From the NCBI GenBank assembly GCA_021822495.1, contig JAKAQO010000003.1:83227-147226 (forward strand): DNA of 64,000 nt, read 5' to 3'. The notes under the pieces are model-generated. The model searched no databases. It saw only the letters and a list, made by a program, of their open reading frames with translations, and had not been told where the DNA came from. Below, one piece after another: positions 38,747 through 48,329 of this stretch. Origin of the DNA: a bacterium. Its GTDB lineage: Bacteria; Elusimicrobiota; Elusimicrobia; UBA1565; UBA9628. Every line of letters begins with the position of its first letter. Positions within the stretch are counted from its first letter, which is position 1. The position numbers and the translations under genes are program-made.

Positions 38747-40962
38747 TCATTCAGCGGAGTCGGCGGCATAAACGCGCGCTCAACTGCGCTCACCGCACGC
38801 AAGGACGCGGCGCTTAGAAGTCCCTGATTAAAAAGATAACGTTTGGTCGGGTTTGATGAATCCGTTTTTTTCTTATCTACATGGAAAAAAAGGTCCGCCG
38901 CCACCCCGTTTTGAGGCGCAAGCCTTAAAAGAATACGCATCACCCCTCCGTAACCCGAATACGACTCAAACCAATGAGAACTCCCGTCCAAGACATTGAG
39001 AAATTCCTTGGATTGCTGCTGCGGAGAAAGGCTTCTGATTTCTTTTAAATCAGAAATTAAAAGATGAACCTGATGAGCAAGTCCCCTAGCCCAGGACAAG
39101 ACCATCTCCAATCTTTTCCGAGTCGGATCGAATAAATTGAGTTCATCAAGGTGCCGGGCAAACGCGCGTTTAAAATGGAGCGCCCCGTCTTCTGAAATCC
39201 GCGAATATTTAAGAGCATAGTCAAAAACCGCCCGGTCGCTCCCGGACAGAGACAATTGAAACGCGCGAAAAACCGCGGATGCCGAGGCGGACACAATTTG
39301 ATGAATCGCCTGCGAAGTCAATATAACGCTTAACTCCACATATCCCTTATGTTCGGAACCCTGGGTTAATTTTTCAAGTTCTTCAGGAATTTTTGTTTCC
39401 GTCCCGACTTTCTCCCCAAGAGAGCCGATTGAGCCCATCAAGGAATTAATGCGGGACAGTTCCTGGTGGATGTCTCCAAGCCTCAAAATACCGGTTTCCC
39501 GGTTATAGACAACCAGCTGTTCGGCTTTTGTTTTCGTGCGAGCGTTGGGTTTAAGAAGAATCATGGACTGCACGCTTTGACTTCGATTATGCCGAAGAGA
39601 CGAACCCATAATTGGCGGCTTAAAAAATCCCCAGTTTGATTGTCTCTGGGACTTATAAGAATAAAACTCAAATCCTTTCGGCGCGACAATCACGTAATGA
39701 TCCGCGTTGTGAGCGACGGAACCGCTGTAATTGAAAAGAAACGGAATGGAAAAATTGAGAGTTTTAAGACTGTCTTTATAACTGTCCAACCCCGACAAGG
39801 ATTCCGGCACGCGCAGATTCTGAGTATGTTTTTGCCTTAAAGCCTGAAGCGTCTTCTGAACGTCTTTGTCTTCCGCACCATTTTTCCATGTCGTCATTAA
39901 ATCCTTCATTGCGGCCAAAACGCCCAAATCTCCCTTTAACAATTTCGCCAAATTTCGCATTTCTTCTTGATTGTCGGGGTCCAAGCGGTATTCCAGGAAG
40001 ATTTGTCGGCCGCGCTGGCCTGACATTAAAACCGCAATCTGAGCCGCAAGATAATCATCCACCTCCCGGGTCAACAGTTTTAAGACGGGGTTAGAAATAA
40101 TATTGGGAAGCATTCCTGAAAGCAGAGACTCAATTCCTGGAGTTCCTATATCAGTCGCCGGAATGGGGCCGATGACGGCTCCGCCAGAAGCGTTGACCGC
40201 GCTAAACTGGTCGAAGTGAATTTTAAGACGCAAATCATGCTGGCCTTTTCTAAAAAGAGTCACGGTTGGATCGGCAGTTTTAGAAAGTCCAATCGCGAAA
40301 TACGTCGAAAAAGGGGCGACAGCCAGGGGAGTCGTCACGACCTGGGCCGCATCCAAGGGTTCAAAAGAGATTTGATAGACGAGGGGAATTTCCCATAATT
40401 CCCCTACTTCCATTTTTGAAATTCTCCGGGCGTTCAAGGGAAGAACTGTTTTAAAATCCAAGACATTGAGCAGCCGCTTCATTTGACTGCAGGAGTTGGC
40501 CGTATGAAGAGGCCTTGTGACAATCGTTTGCCCGTCAACCGAAACTCCTCCATAAACCCCCAGGGCCCTTTGAGTCGCGCCCGCAATTTTTTTAAGAACG
40601 GTTTGGGCATATCCAGTCTGGAATTTAACTTCAAGAGTGTCGTTTAAGGCCAGGCTTCCATCTGGATAGCGAAGGAACTGTCTTGTCCCTGAGAAAGTTC
40701 CGCCCACAAGCGCGCTTCCCCGGCCCATCTGGGCGAAAAAATCCTGACTCAACGGAACAATTAGTGGAAGGCGGTCGCACCATTGATCCATTCCCTGATT
40801 CTGGAATTGATTGCCGAAAGTAATCCGGTCGACCGTCGCCGGATTATACTTTGAATAGCCTCCTGCGGGATCGGCAGGAACCCAGCCGGAAGCGGAAGAG
40901 TCCGCATAAACAGAAGGAGAAATGAGCATTCCCCCCCAAAAAAGCCAGATTAATAATTTCAT
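38743..40962 (-). CDS. Large exported hypothetical protein (739 aa)
   Basis: Long ORF with signal peptide (SVYA); ATGA-coupled to the upstream kinase gene; no family recognised. Confidence 0.8.
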   Translation of the reverse strand: MKLLIWLFWGGMLISPSVYADSSASGWVPADPAGGYSKYNPATVDRITFGNQFQNQGMDQWCDRLPLIVPLSQDFFAQMGRGSALVGGTFSGTRQFLRYPDGSLALNDTLEVKFQTGYAQTVLKKIAGATQRALGVYGGVSVDGQTIVTRPLHTANSCSQMKRLLNVLDFKTVLPLNARRISKMEVGELWEIPLVYQISFEPLDAAQVVTTPLAVAPFSTYFAIGLSKTADPTVTLFRKGQHDLRLKIHFDQFSAVNASGGAVIGPIPATDIGTPGIESLLSGMLPNIISNPVLKLLTREVDDYLAAQIAVLMSGQRGRQIFLEYRLDPDNQEEMRNLAKLLKGDLGVLAAMKDLMTTWKNGAEDKDVQKTLQALRQKHTQNLRVPESLSGLDSYKDSLKTLNFSIPFLFNYSGSVAHNADHYVIVAPKGFEFYSYKSQRQSNWGFFKPPIMGSSLRHNRSQSVQSMILLKPNARTKTKAEQLVVYNRETGILRLGDIHQELSRINSLMGSIGSLGEKVGTETKIPEELEKLTQGSEHKGYVELSVILTSQAIHQIVSASASAVFRAFQLSLSGSDRAVFDYALKYSRISEDGALHFKRAFARHLDELNLFDPTRKRLEMVLSWARGLAHQVHLLISDLKEIRSLSPQQQSKEFLNVLDGSSHWFESYSGYGGVMRILLRLAPQNGVAADLFFHVDKKKTDSSNPTKRYLFNQGLLSAASLRAVSAVERAFMPPTPLND

Positions 40963-42026
40963 TTGGATAAGAATAAGGAAATTTTATTATCTTCCTCACG
41001 GCGCGCCAAGGCTAATTGATATTTTGCGCCTGCGGCATTGAGAAGCTTGTTGCAATCTTGAATTAAGTCCTCAATATCAACAAATGGACTGGCAAAAAGA
41101 CTTCTTGCCGCTAAAAGCCCGGCGTCAATGATATAGGCCTGCGGTTCGGGGTTTGAGGCCGTATATCCCACCATGACATTGCTGGGAGTCAAATCCATAA
41201 TTGAAAAATGACTGTTCAAAAATTGATTCAACATTTCACGCAAGAGCTTTAAGTCTTGAATCCCAAATTCTTTCTGCCTGATTTTCGCTTCCAGAGTCTC
41301 TCCATGGACTCGCTCGGAGACGATGTAGGGAATTCCCTGAATCAGTCTGGTATCCACGGGATGAGGCGCAAGCCCCAATTTGGACAATTTTTCAAGGTTT
41401 TGAAACTCTGGGTGTTCGTAAAACGCGACATTCCCATAAATTCTGCTGCCGTGGATGATTTTAACCACCCAATCCGAGTTATTCGGGTGTTCAAAAACCC
41501 GTCCAAACGAACCTTCTCCCATCAGACGCGCTTTTTTTCCGGAAAGCCACAGGGCTCCCTCGGAATCATATTTCCAAGTCTGCGCCTGTCCGTCAAATAA
41601 AGCGTTTCCATTAACTTTTGGACTATCCGCGATTTGGGATTTAGAAGAGGGAGTATCCTGAAGATTCAGCAAAGAATGGTCCGCGGAAACAACATACGGA
41701 AGAGAAACTCCTGAGATACGGGCGGATTGAGTCTGGCGTTTTGGGGAACTAACTTTTGCGGCTTTCTGGGTAAAGGCCTCGCTTGGAAAATGAATTTCCG
41801 GCCTCAAAACCTGGTTTTGAAAATCAGGATTTTTTTCTAAGTCCTGATCCAAAAACTGAGAGGTCGTCGGCGCAACTTCGGGGGAAGGAAGATTAAAATT
41901 AAAAGAAGGGGATTCCGATGGAATGCGCTCGGATGACTCAATAGCCCACAGCGAACGGCCCATTCCCAAAGCGGCCGCCAGCGCCCAGAAGCCTAAATTA
42001 CGGATTAATTTCCGCAAAAATATCAC
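40959..42026 (-). CDS. Signal-peptide protein with Ser/Pro-rich linker and compact protein-kinase-like domain
   Basis: GEGSFGRV, VVKII, E, DLTPSNVM, IIDAG. Confidence 0.78.
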   Translation of the reverse strand: MIFLRKLIRNLGFWALAAALGMGRSLWAIESSERIPSESPSFNFNLPSPEVAPTTSQFLDQDLEKNPDFQNQVLRPEIHFPSEAFTQKAAKVSSPKRQTQSARISGVSLPYVVSADHSLLNLQDTPSSKSQIADSPKVNGNALFDGQAQTWKYDSEGALWLSGKKARLMGEGSFGRVFEHPNNSDWVVKIIHGSRIYGNVAFYEHPEFQNLEKLSKLGLAPHPVDTRLIQGIPYIVSERVHGETLEAKIRQKEFGIQDLKLLREMLNQFLNSHFSIMDLTPSNVMVGYTASNPEPQAYIIDAGLLAARSLFASPFVDIEDLIQDCNKLLNAAGAKYQLALARREEDNKISLFLSK

Positions 42027-42032
42027 AATTAA

Positions 42033-42076
42033 ATTATAAAGGAAATTACTTTTTTAGGCTTGGGCCTAAAGGCCCA
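42033..42076 (-). promoter_or_regulatory. Leaderless promoter with palindromic box
   Basis: TATAAT (42033-42038) 6 nt before GTG 42026; TGGGCCTAAAGGCCCA at 42061-42076. Confidence 0.65.
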
Positions 42077-42127
42077 TGAAGGCCTCGGCAAAGGGCCTAC
42101 CTCTTCTATTTGAAATCGGCGCCCCCT

Positions 42128-42156
42128 TAGACAGGCCTTTCATAAATGAGTAGAAT
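42128..42156 (+). promoter_or_regulatory. tRNA-Leu/alaS promoter
   Basis: TAGACA-17 bp-TAGAAT. Confidence 0.65.
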
Positions 42157-42166
42157 AGTCTATAAC

Positions 42167-42251
42167 GCCGGCGTGGCGGAACTGGCAGACGCAAGCGACT
42201 CAAAATCGCTCGGCGCTTCGCGCCGTGTGGGTTCGACTCCCTCCGCCGGCA
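42167..42251 (+). tRNA. tRNA-Leu(CAA), CCA not encoded
   Basis: Acceptor GCCGGCG/CGCCGGC, anticodon arm AGCGA-CTCAAAA-TCGCT, long variable arm, GTTCGACT T-loop. Confidence 0.96.
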
Positions 42252-42376
42252 ATTTTTTAAACGAAGAGTCGAAGCCGACATCCGGAAGCCAAGGGTTTGG
42301 CTTCCGGATGCGGCGGGCCTCGAAGGAGAACAAAGCGTAGCGAAGTTCGGGCAAGAGGGACTCCCTCCGCCGGCAA
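42235..42376 (+). repeat. 18-bp direct repeat of the tRNA 3' end enclosing a 14-bp perfect hairpin
   Basis: GACTCCCTCCGCCGGCAA at 42235-42252 and 42359-42376; CATCCGGAAGCCAA-gggt-TTGGCTTCCGGATG at 42279-42310. Confidence 0.85.
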
Positions 42377-42392
42377 ATTTCTAATCATATCA

Positions 42393-45032
42393 ATGAATCA
42401 AAGTTCTATTCTCCGCCAAGAATTTCTGTCTTTTTTTAAAAATCTTAATCACCGCATCACACCCTCTTCCCCCCTCATTCCTCCAGGCGACAAGAGTTTG
42501 ATGTTTACTTCCGCCGGAATGGTGCCGTTTAAACCTTATTTTTTAGGGCTTGCATCAGGTCTATCAAGAGCGGCCAGCTGTCAAAAGTGTTTTCGCACAA
42601 CCGACATCGGAAATGTCGGGCTAACCGTCAGGCACTTGACGTTTTTTGAAATGCTGGGAAATTTTTCCTTCGGAGATTATTTCAAAGAAGACGCCATTCA
42701 TTGGGCCTGGGAATTTCTGACCCAAAAGGCGAGTTTTGATCCTCAACGTCTATACCCCACTATTTTTAAAGATGATCCAGAAGCCGAAAAAATTTGGAAG
42801 TCCCTCAATGTTCCGAACTCGCCCATTGGTCTGGGCGAAGACACCAATTTCTGGACCATGGGCCCGACCGGACCTTGCGGCCCGTGCTCTGAAATCTATT
42901 TCGACCGGGGTCCGCAATTTTCCTGCGGAAAACCCGGCTGTTCGGTGGGATGCGACTGCGACCGCTATCTTGAGGTCTGGAACTTGGTTTTTACGCAATT
43001 TGACCGCCAGGAAGACGGAAGCCTAAAGCCGCTTCCGAGAAAAAATATTGATACCGGCATGGGTCTTGAGCGCCTCGTTTTCTCTTCTCAGGGAAAACTT
43101 TCGCCCTTCGACACCGATTTATTTCTCCCTATCATTGAAAAAGCGTCTTCGCTCTTCAACAGAGATTTTCGCGAGTCCGCAAAAACGGAAACCTCCTTTC
43201 GCGTCATTGCTGATCATCTGAGGGGATCTGTCTTTTTACTCAGCGAAGGAATTATTCCCTCCAACATCGAACGCGGATATGTCCTCAGACGACTCATTCG
43301 CCGGGCAGCCAGATACGGAAAAATGTTGGGCGCGAGCGCTCCGTTTCTCCACAAGCTCGTCGAGTCTTCTTTAAGCATCTTTAGCGGCGTTTATCCTGAA
43401 ATAGAGAAATCCAAAGATTTAATTCAAATGACGCTCAAATCGGAGGAGGAGAAGTTTTTAGAAACCTTAAGCGTGGGCGAAGCGACCTTGGCAGGGCTTC
43501 TTTCCAAACAAAACGGAAAAACTTTGAACGGAAAAGAAGCTTTTAGACTTTATGAAACCTTCGGATTCCCCTTGGAACTCACCAAGGAAATTTGCGCGGA
43601 AAAGGGATTTCAAGTAAACGAAGCGGAATTTCAAGACGCCTTTGAGCAATCGGTCGAAATCGCGCGCTCATCCTGGAAAGGTTCGGGAGAAAACCATATT
43701 GAGATTCCCCACTTTAACCACCCCACCCACTTTCTGGGCTATGAGAAACTTGAGTGCGAGGCAAAAGTCGTCAATTCTGATTTTAGAAGAAATCGCGGCT
43801 TTGTCGTTCTTGATCAAACTCCTTTTTATCCGGAAGGCGGCGGCCAGATCGGAGACCGGGGAGAATTTTTAGATGACAAGGGAAATATTCTTGCAGAAGT
43901 AATCGACACCCAGAAGCAAGGTTCCACCATCGTCCACATTTTAGATTCGGCTGATATCAGCCCTTTTCAGAAAGGCCGCTCGATCATCGCCCGCGTAAAC
44001 CAAAAACGCAGGTCTCTTATCGCCCCTCATCACACAGCCACGCATCTCCTCAACGCCGCCCTGCGAATGGTTCTAGGAAGCCATGTCCGGCAGGCCGGTT
44101 CCTATGTCGGCCCGGACAAGCTACGTTTTGATTTTACCCATCCCTCGGCCTTAAGCAAGGACCAAATTGAAAAAATCGAGGCCATCGTCAATGCGGAGAT
44201 AAAAAAATCAGATCCGGTCAGCCCGAAAGAAGATTCTATTGAAAAAGTTCAAGAGTTGGGGGCGACGGTCCTTATTGGAGAAAATTACGGCGACAACCCT
44301 CGCTTTTTGCTCATCGGCCCGCAAGGCTGGAAAGCCCCTCATGATCGCTTCAGCCTCGAACTTTGCGGCGGCACCCACGTTTCCAATACTTCCGAAATCA
44401 AGACCTTTAAGATTATCAAGGAATCCTCCGCGGCCTCAGGAATCCGCCGGATAGAGGCGGTTGCGGGGAAAGCCGCCGAAATTTGGGAAAAAGAAAAAAA
44501 AGAAGAAGAGCAAACGCTCATTGAGGATTTACAATCTCGACAGAAAGCGCTTTTAGAAGAAATCGCCTCCTTGGGCGGGAAGACCCCCTCAAATATCGGC
44601 TTAAGTCATGACCTTCATATATTGCGAACTCAGGAAAAAGAGCTTCACGCCGTTTTAAACCATTTAAAAACCCAGAAAATATATTCCGAAACCAGCGCCA
44701 ACATTCAAATTATTCCTGTCAAAGGCATCCCCGTTCATCTCCAGAAACTCGATGGGGCGGAGCCCAAGATGTTGCGAGAATTCGCCGACAAAGCCAAGGC
44801 GCAAGCGAAAGCTGGAATTATCTTCGTGGCTTGCCCGGCAAATGAAAAACTTTCCTTTGTTCTGTCCTTAAATTCGGATGTCATCGCCCGAGGGCTTGAC
44901 GCTTCAAAAATAGCCAAAAGCCTCGCCTCTCATTTATCGGGATCGGCAGGAGGAAGGCCTGATTTCGCCCAAGGCGGAATCGCTTTGACAGACTGGGAAA
45001 AAGTGACGGGCGTTTTAATTTCTCTTTTGTGA
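42393..45032 (+). CDS. alaS: Alanine-tRNA ligase
   Basis: FTSAGMVPFK, HLTFFEMLGNFSFGDY, GPCGPCSE, DTGMGLER, HHTATHLL, ELCGGTH, GGRPDFAQGG; start ATG 42393. Confidence 0.98.
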   Translation: MNQSSILRQEFLSFFKNLNHRITPSSPLIPPGDKSLMFTSAGMVPFKPYFLGLASGLSRAASCQKCFRTTDIGNVGLTVRHLTFFEMLGNFSFGDYFKEDAIHWAWEFLTQKASFDPQRLYPTIFKDDPEAEKIWKSLNVPNSPIGLGEDTNFWTMGPTGPCGPCSEIYFDRGPQFSCGKPGCSVGCDCDRYLEVWNLVFTQFDRQEDGSLKPLPRKNIDTGMGLERLVFSSQGKLSPFDTDLFLPIIEKASSLFNRDFRESAKTETSFRVIADHLRGSVFLLSEGIIPSNIERGYVLRRLIRRAARYGKMLGASAPFLHKLVESSLSIFSGVYPEIEKSKDLIQMTLKSEEEKFLETLSVGEATLAGLLSKQNGKTLNGKEAFRLYETFGFPLELTKEICAEKGFQVNEAEFQDAFEQSVEIARSSWKGSGENHIEIPHFNHPTHFLGYEKLECEAKVVNSDFRRNRGFVVLDQTPFYPEGGGQIGDRGEFLDDKGNILAEVIDTQKQGSTIVHILDSADISPFQKGRSIIARVNQKRRSLIAPHHTATHLLNAALRMVLGSHVRQAGSYVGPDKLRFDFTHPSALSKDQIEKIEAIVNAEIKKSDPVSPKEDSIEKVQELGATVLIGENYGDNPRFLLIGPQGWKAPHDRFSLELCGGTHVSNTSEIKTFKIIKESSAASGIRRIEAVAGKAAEIWEKEKKEEEQTLIEDLQSRQKALLEEIASLGGKTPSNIGLSHDLHILRTQEKELHAVLNHLKTQKIYSETSANIQIIPVKGIPVHLQKLDGAEPKMLREFADKAKAQAKAGIIFVACPANEKLSFVLSLNSDVIARGLDASKIAKSLASHLSGSAGGRPDFAQGGIALTDWEKVTGVLISLL

Positions 45033-45709
45033 GAACCCGCTTCTATTTCTGTCTTGCTCTAAATCTCATTCTTTTATCAGCCTCCGGATGCGTCTACCGC
45101 CAACCCTATTCCCTCCCATCCCCGCAACTAGGAAAAACCTACGACTCGCCGGAATCCTTAATCAGCGGCGAAGCGTCTTCTTGGAATTTTCTATGGTTTA
45201 AACCCATTGGAGATGCCGCCGCCGCCCAAGCCCTTAAAAATGCCGAACAAAAACAAAATGTCAACGCGGACGCCATCAGTCAAGCCCAAGTTGAAAAAAC
45301 TGTTTACTGCTTTCCAATATGCAGCTGGCCGGTGATTGAATACACCAAAACGAAATTTAGGGGAGCCTTGCTCGCCAATTCTCTTATCAAGCCTTATCAC
45401 TCAAATCCCAAAATAAGAAATCCAAAAAAATTGCGTCCGGGAGAACTCCCAAGCGCCCGCACCCTTAAAAGAACTCTGGTTAGTCTCTTTGCTCAAGACC
45501 CTCATGAAGCTTTCAACTTCTATTCAAGCCTCGACACAAACACCCGAGGTCAAATAAGAGATTTAATCGTGACCGAAAATGGCACGCTGGATAAGAACCG
45601 GAATTTCTTTCTCATCCCAGCCGATACCAAACCCAAATACAAAAAATTTCTTCACTGGTTTATTTCTCGTTTTACGCCCTATATTCCAGAATATCTAAGC
45701 CGGGAATAG
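45029..45709 (+). CDS. Hypothetical lipoprotein (TRL-like N-terminal domain)
   Basis: Lipobox ASGC; GEASSWNFLW..IGDA resembles the TRL-like family. Confidence 0.55.
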   Translation: MRTRFYFCLALNLILLSASGCVYRQPYSLPSPQLGKTYDSPESLISGEASSWNFLWFKPIGDAAAAQALKNAEQKQNVNADAISQAQVEKTVYCFPICSWPVIEYTKTKFRGALLANSLIKPYHSNPKIRNPKKLRPGELPSARTLKRTLVSLFAQDPHEAFNFYSSLDTNTRGQIRDLIVTENGTLDKNRNFFLIPADTKPKYKKFLHWFISRFTPYIPEYLSRE

Positions 45710-46983
45710 AATTTCACAATCGCAGAATCGCAAATGATGTCTCTGGCTTGAAGAGGCCTTAATAGGGAAATATGAGCCAAATCCCGACAACGGCTTAAAG
45801 CGACATAGGCTTGTCCCGAGGCAAAGGCGCCGTATCCCAAATCAATTTCTACCGAACTAAGCGTTTTTCCCTGCGCTTTGTGAATGGTCGTCGCCCAGGC
45901 CAAGGTCAGGGGAATTTGATGAAATTGTCCAGCGTTTTCCTTATGGAGAACTTTTTGCTCGGGATCCCACTGGTAACGAACAGATTCCCAGGTGGTCGCT
46001 TCAACCTCGGCCATTCTAGGCGTTTCATCCATAATTTCAACGACGACGCTGTCTTCCTTGAGTTCCTTGACAAGGCCCAGACTGCCGTTCACCCACTCCC
46101 GTCCGTTTTTGGTCAGCATCACCTGCGCGCCCACCTTGAGTTTAAGAAATTCAGGAGACGGCAGGCGATCCCTGAGAGAATCAAAAGCCCCTTTAAATAC
46201 TCCGGAATAAACCTTGCTTCCGCCTGTCAAGGAGGCCAGGGCCTGTTCATTGCGAAAATCCGCTGCGCGGTTGGTCGTTGTCAAGAGAACGCTGGGAGTT
46301 TGAGATTGCGTCTTTTTTTTAAAGCAATTCCGGTTGATTTCCGCCACAACTTCAGAAATATTTTCGCCCGTCCGAATTTGATTTAAAAGCCCGGCGAAAA
46401 ACCGGTCCTTTTGCCGAAACGTTTCCTCAAGCTCGAAAAATTTAATCGGCATCTCCCGAAGAATCCGGGAACTAAAAAAATAGGGGTTTGGGTAAATCTC
46501 GCTAAAAAATGAATTCAAATCGTTTCCAGAAACCACCGGCGGCAGTTGAAAGAGATCTCCCACCAAAAGGATTTGAACGCCGCCGAAAGGTTGCCCGGGA
46601 TGAGGCCCATTTTTACCGAGAAAGTTGGAGATGGCATCCATCACATCCGCCCGAACCATCGAGATTTCGTCAATAATCAAGAGCTCCAGATTCTCATAAA
46701 GGCCGCGTTTGGACACCCTGCGAATATCGGAATTTTGAAGAAGACGGGACGGAAATTTAAAAAAAGAATGAATGGTCGCTCCGCCGACATTCAGAGCGGC
46801 TATTCCAGTTGGCGCGACGATGGCGGAGCTCCATTTTTTTTGCTCGACAATCCAGCGAATCAGGGTTGACTTGCCGCTCCCCGCATGCCCGCTGACAAAG
46901 ACCACGGGAGCGCGGCCCTTGAGCGCATCAAAGATGCGAAGATAGCTTTCCGTTACAATGAGTTCGCCTAAGCCCGTGGGCAT
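45679..46983 (-). CDS. Pif1/RecD-like SF1B DNA helicase
   Basis: GHAGSGKST, DEISMV, GDLFQLPPV, TIHKAQGKTL, YVALSR. ATG 46983 preferred over 47052. Confidence 0.9.
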   Translation of the reverse strand: MPTGLGELIVTESYLRIFDALKGRAPVVFVSGHAGSGKSTLIRWIVEQKKWSSAIVAPTGIAALNVGGATIHSFFKFPSRLLQNSDIRRVSKRGLYENLELLIIDEISMVRADVMDAISNFLGKNGPHPGQPFGGVQILLVGDLFQLPPVVSGNDLNSFFSEIYPNPYFFSSRILREMPIKFFELEETFRQKDRFFAGLLNQIRTGENISEVVAEINRNCFKKKTQSQTPSVLLTTTNRAADFRNEQALASLTGGSKVYSGVFKGAFDSLRDRLPSPEFLKLKVGAQVMLTKNGREWVNGSLGLVKELKEDSVVVEIMDETPRMAEVEATTWESVRYQWDPEQKVLHKENAGQFHQIPLTLAWATTIHKAQGKTLSSVEIDLGYGAFASGQAYVALSRCRDLAHISLLRPLQARDIICDSAIVKFYSRLRYSGI

Positions 46984-47131
46984 ACCTCTATCTTCTACAA
47001 AACCTATAGGCCCGCCGCCTAATTTCAGAATTGTCCAATGCGAAATTACCAATGCCGTCGTTGCCTGTCGCCTATTTTCTAAACGAATATATGTTTGCGT
47101 TTAGTATTACTTTATGCTAATATGAAGACAT

Positions 47132-48268
47132 ATGGTAAAACGTGCTTTCTGGCTGTCCAAGATCGAAACGCTCTGGAAGCGCCGTTCCATTCTCTGGCTT
47201 TCGGGAATACGGCGCTGCGGAAAAACTGTCTTGAGTCAAAGCCTTCCAGCGATCGAGTATTTTGATTGCGAGCTGCCAAGAACGCGTGCGCGGATGGAGG
47301 ACGTCGAATCCTTTCTCTCCGAACTCAAGGGCAAGCGCGCAGTTCTCGATGAAATCCAGCGCTTACCGAATCCCGCCCAGCTTTTGAAAATCGCGGCGGA
47401 TCATTTTCCGAGCGTTCGCATTCTAGCGACAGGTTCTTCCATCCTTGAGGCTTCCGTAAAATTCAAGGACACCCTAACTGGCCGCAAGGAGACGCTTTGG
47501 CTGACTCCAATGATTACGGCGGATATGCACGATTTTAAAAACACAAGCCTTGAACATCGGCTTTTGCATGGCGGACTTCCGCCCTTTTTTCTTGAGAAGA
47601 CCTTGCCCGAACGGGATTTCCAGGAGTGGATGGATTCGTATTGGGCCAAGGATATTCAAGACCTTTTCCGTCTAGAGCGCCGGGCCTCCTTCCAGAAATT
47701 CCTGGAGCTTCTGTTTGTCAACAGCGGCGGCATCTTTGAAGCCGCGAAATACGCTTCTCCCTGCGAAGTCAGCCGGCAAACTATCGCGAATTACTTGAAA
47801 GCCGCCGATGCGACCTATGTCGCCCACGTCCTGCGGCCGTTTAGCGGACACAAACCCACGGAGATCATCGCCGCTCCCAAAGTCTACGCTTTCGACACGG
47901 GATTTGTCTGTTATTTTCGCGGATGGGACAAATTGCGAAGCCAGGACATGGGAGGACTCTGGGAGCATTTCGTTCTCAATGAAATGATGGCCCATCTTCA
48001 GTCGCGCGCCGTCCGCTATTGGCGCACGAAACAAGGGCGGGAGATTGATTTCATACTGCCTCTTAGAGGAGGAGAAGTCCACACAATTGAATGCAAACTC
48101 TCAGAGAAAGACTATGATCCGTCGGCGACGATCGCCTTCCGCCGCGATTACCCAAAAGGCCGAAATTTCGCGGTCTGCCACGATGTCGAAAAGTCTTTCG
48201 AGCGACGCTACGGAAGCGTCAATGTCCGAATGACGAGCCTGCCAGAATTCCAGGAACACATCACTTAA
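47132..48268 (+). CDS. AAA+ ATPase (AAA_14) with DUF4143 and PD-(D/E)xK-like C-terminus
   Basis: GIRRCGKT, LDEIQ, TGSS, GGLP, PKVYAFDTG, EIDF..IECK; promoter TTGCGT-17-TAATAT at 47095-47123. Confidence 0.9.
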   Translation: MVKRAFWLSKIETLWKRRSILWLSGIRRCGKTVLSQSLPAIEYFDCELPRTRARMEDVESFLSELKGKRAVLDEIQRLPNPAQLLKIAADHFPSVRILATGSSILEASVKFKDTLTGRKETLWLTPMITADMHDFKNTSLEHRLLHGGLPPFFLEKTLPERDFQEWMDSYWAKDIQDLFRLERRASFQKFLELLFVNSGGIFEAAKYASPCEVSRQTIANYLKAADATYVAHVLRPFSGHKPTEIIAAPKVYAFDTGFVCYFRGWDKLRSQDMGGLWEHFVLNEMMAHLQSRAVRYWRTKQGREIDFILPLRGGEVHTIECKLSEKDYDPSATIAFRRDYPKGRNFAVCHDVEKSFERRYGSVNVRMTSLPEFQEHIT

Positions 48269-48329
48269 TTCCCCGTTATTCTAAAAGAGCAAGCCTTCGG
48301 CCTTTTGTGATAAAATAAACTAAAGTCGC

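Noticed and set aside
46999..47014. AAAACCTATAGGCCCG as another regulon box
   Set aside because: One arm is poor and the position (-23.5) differs from the two good sites.
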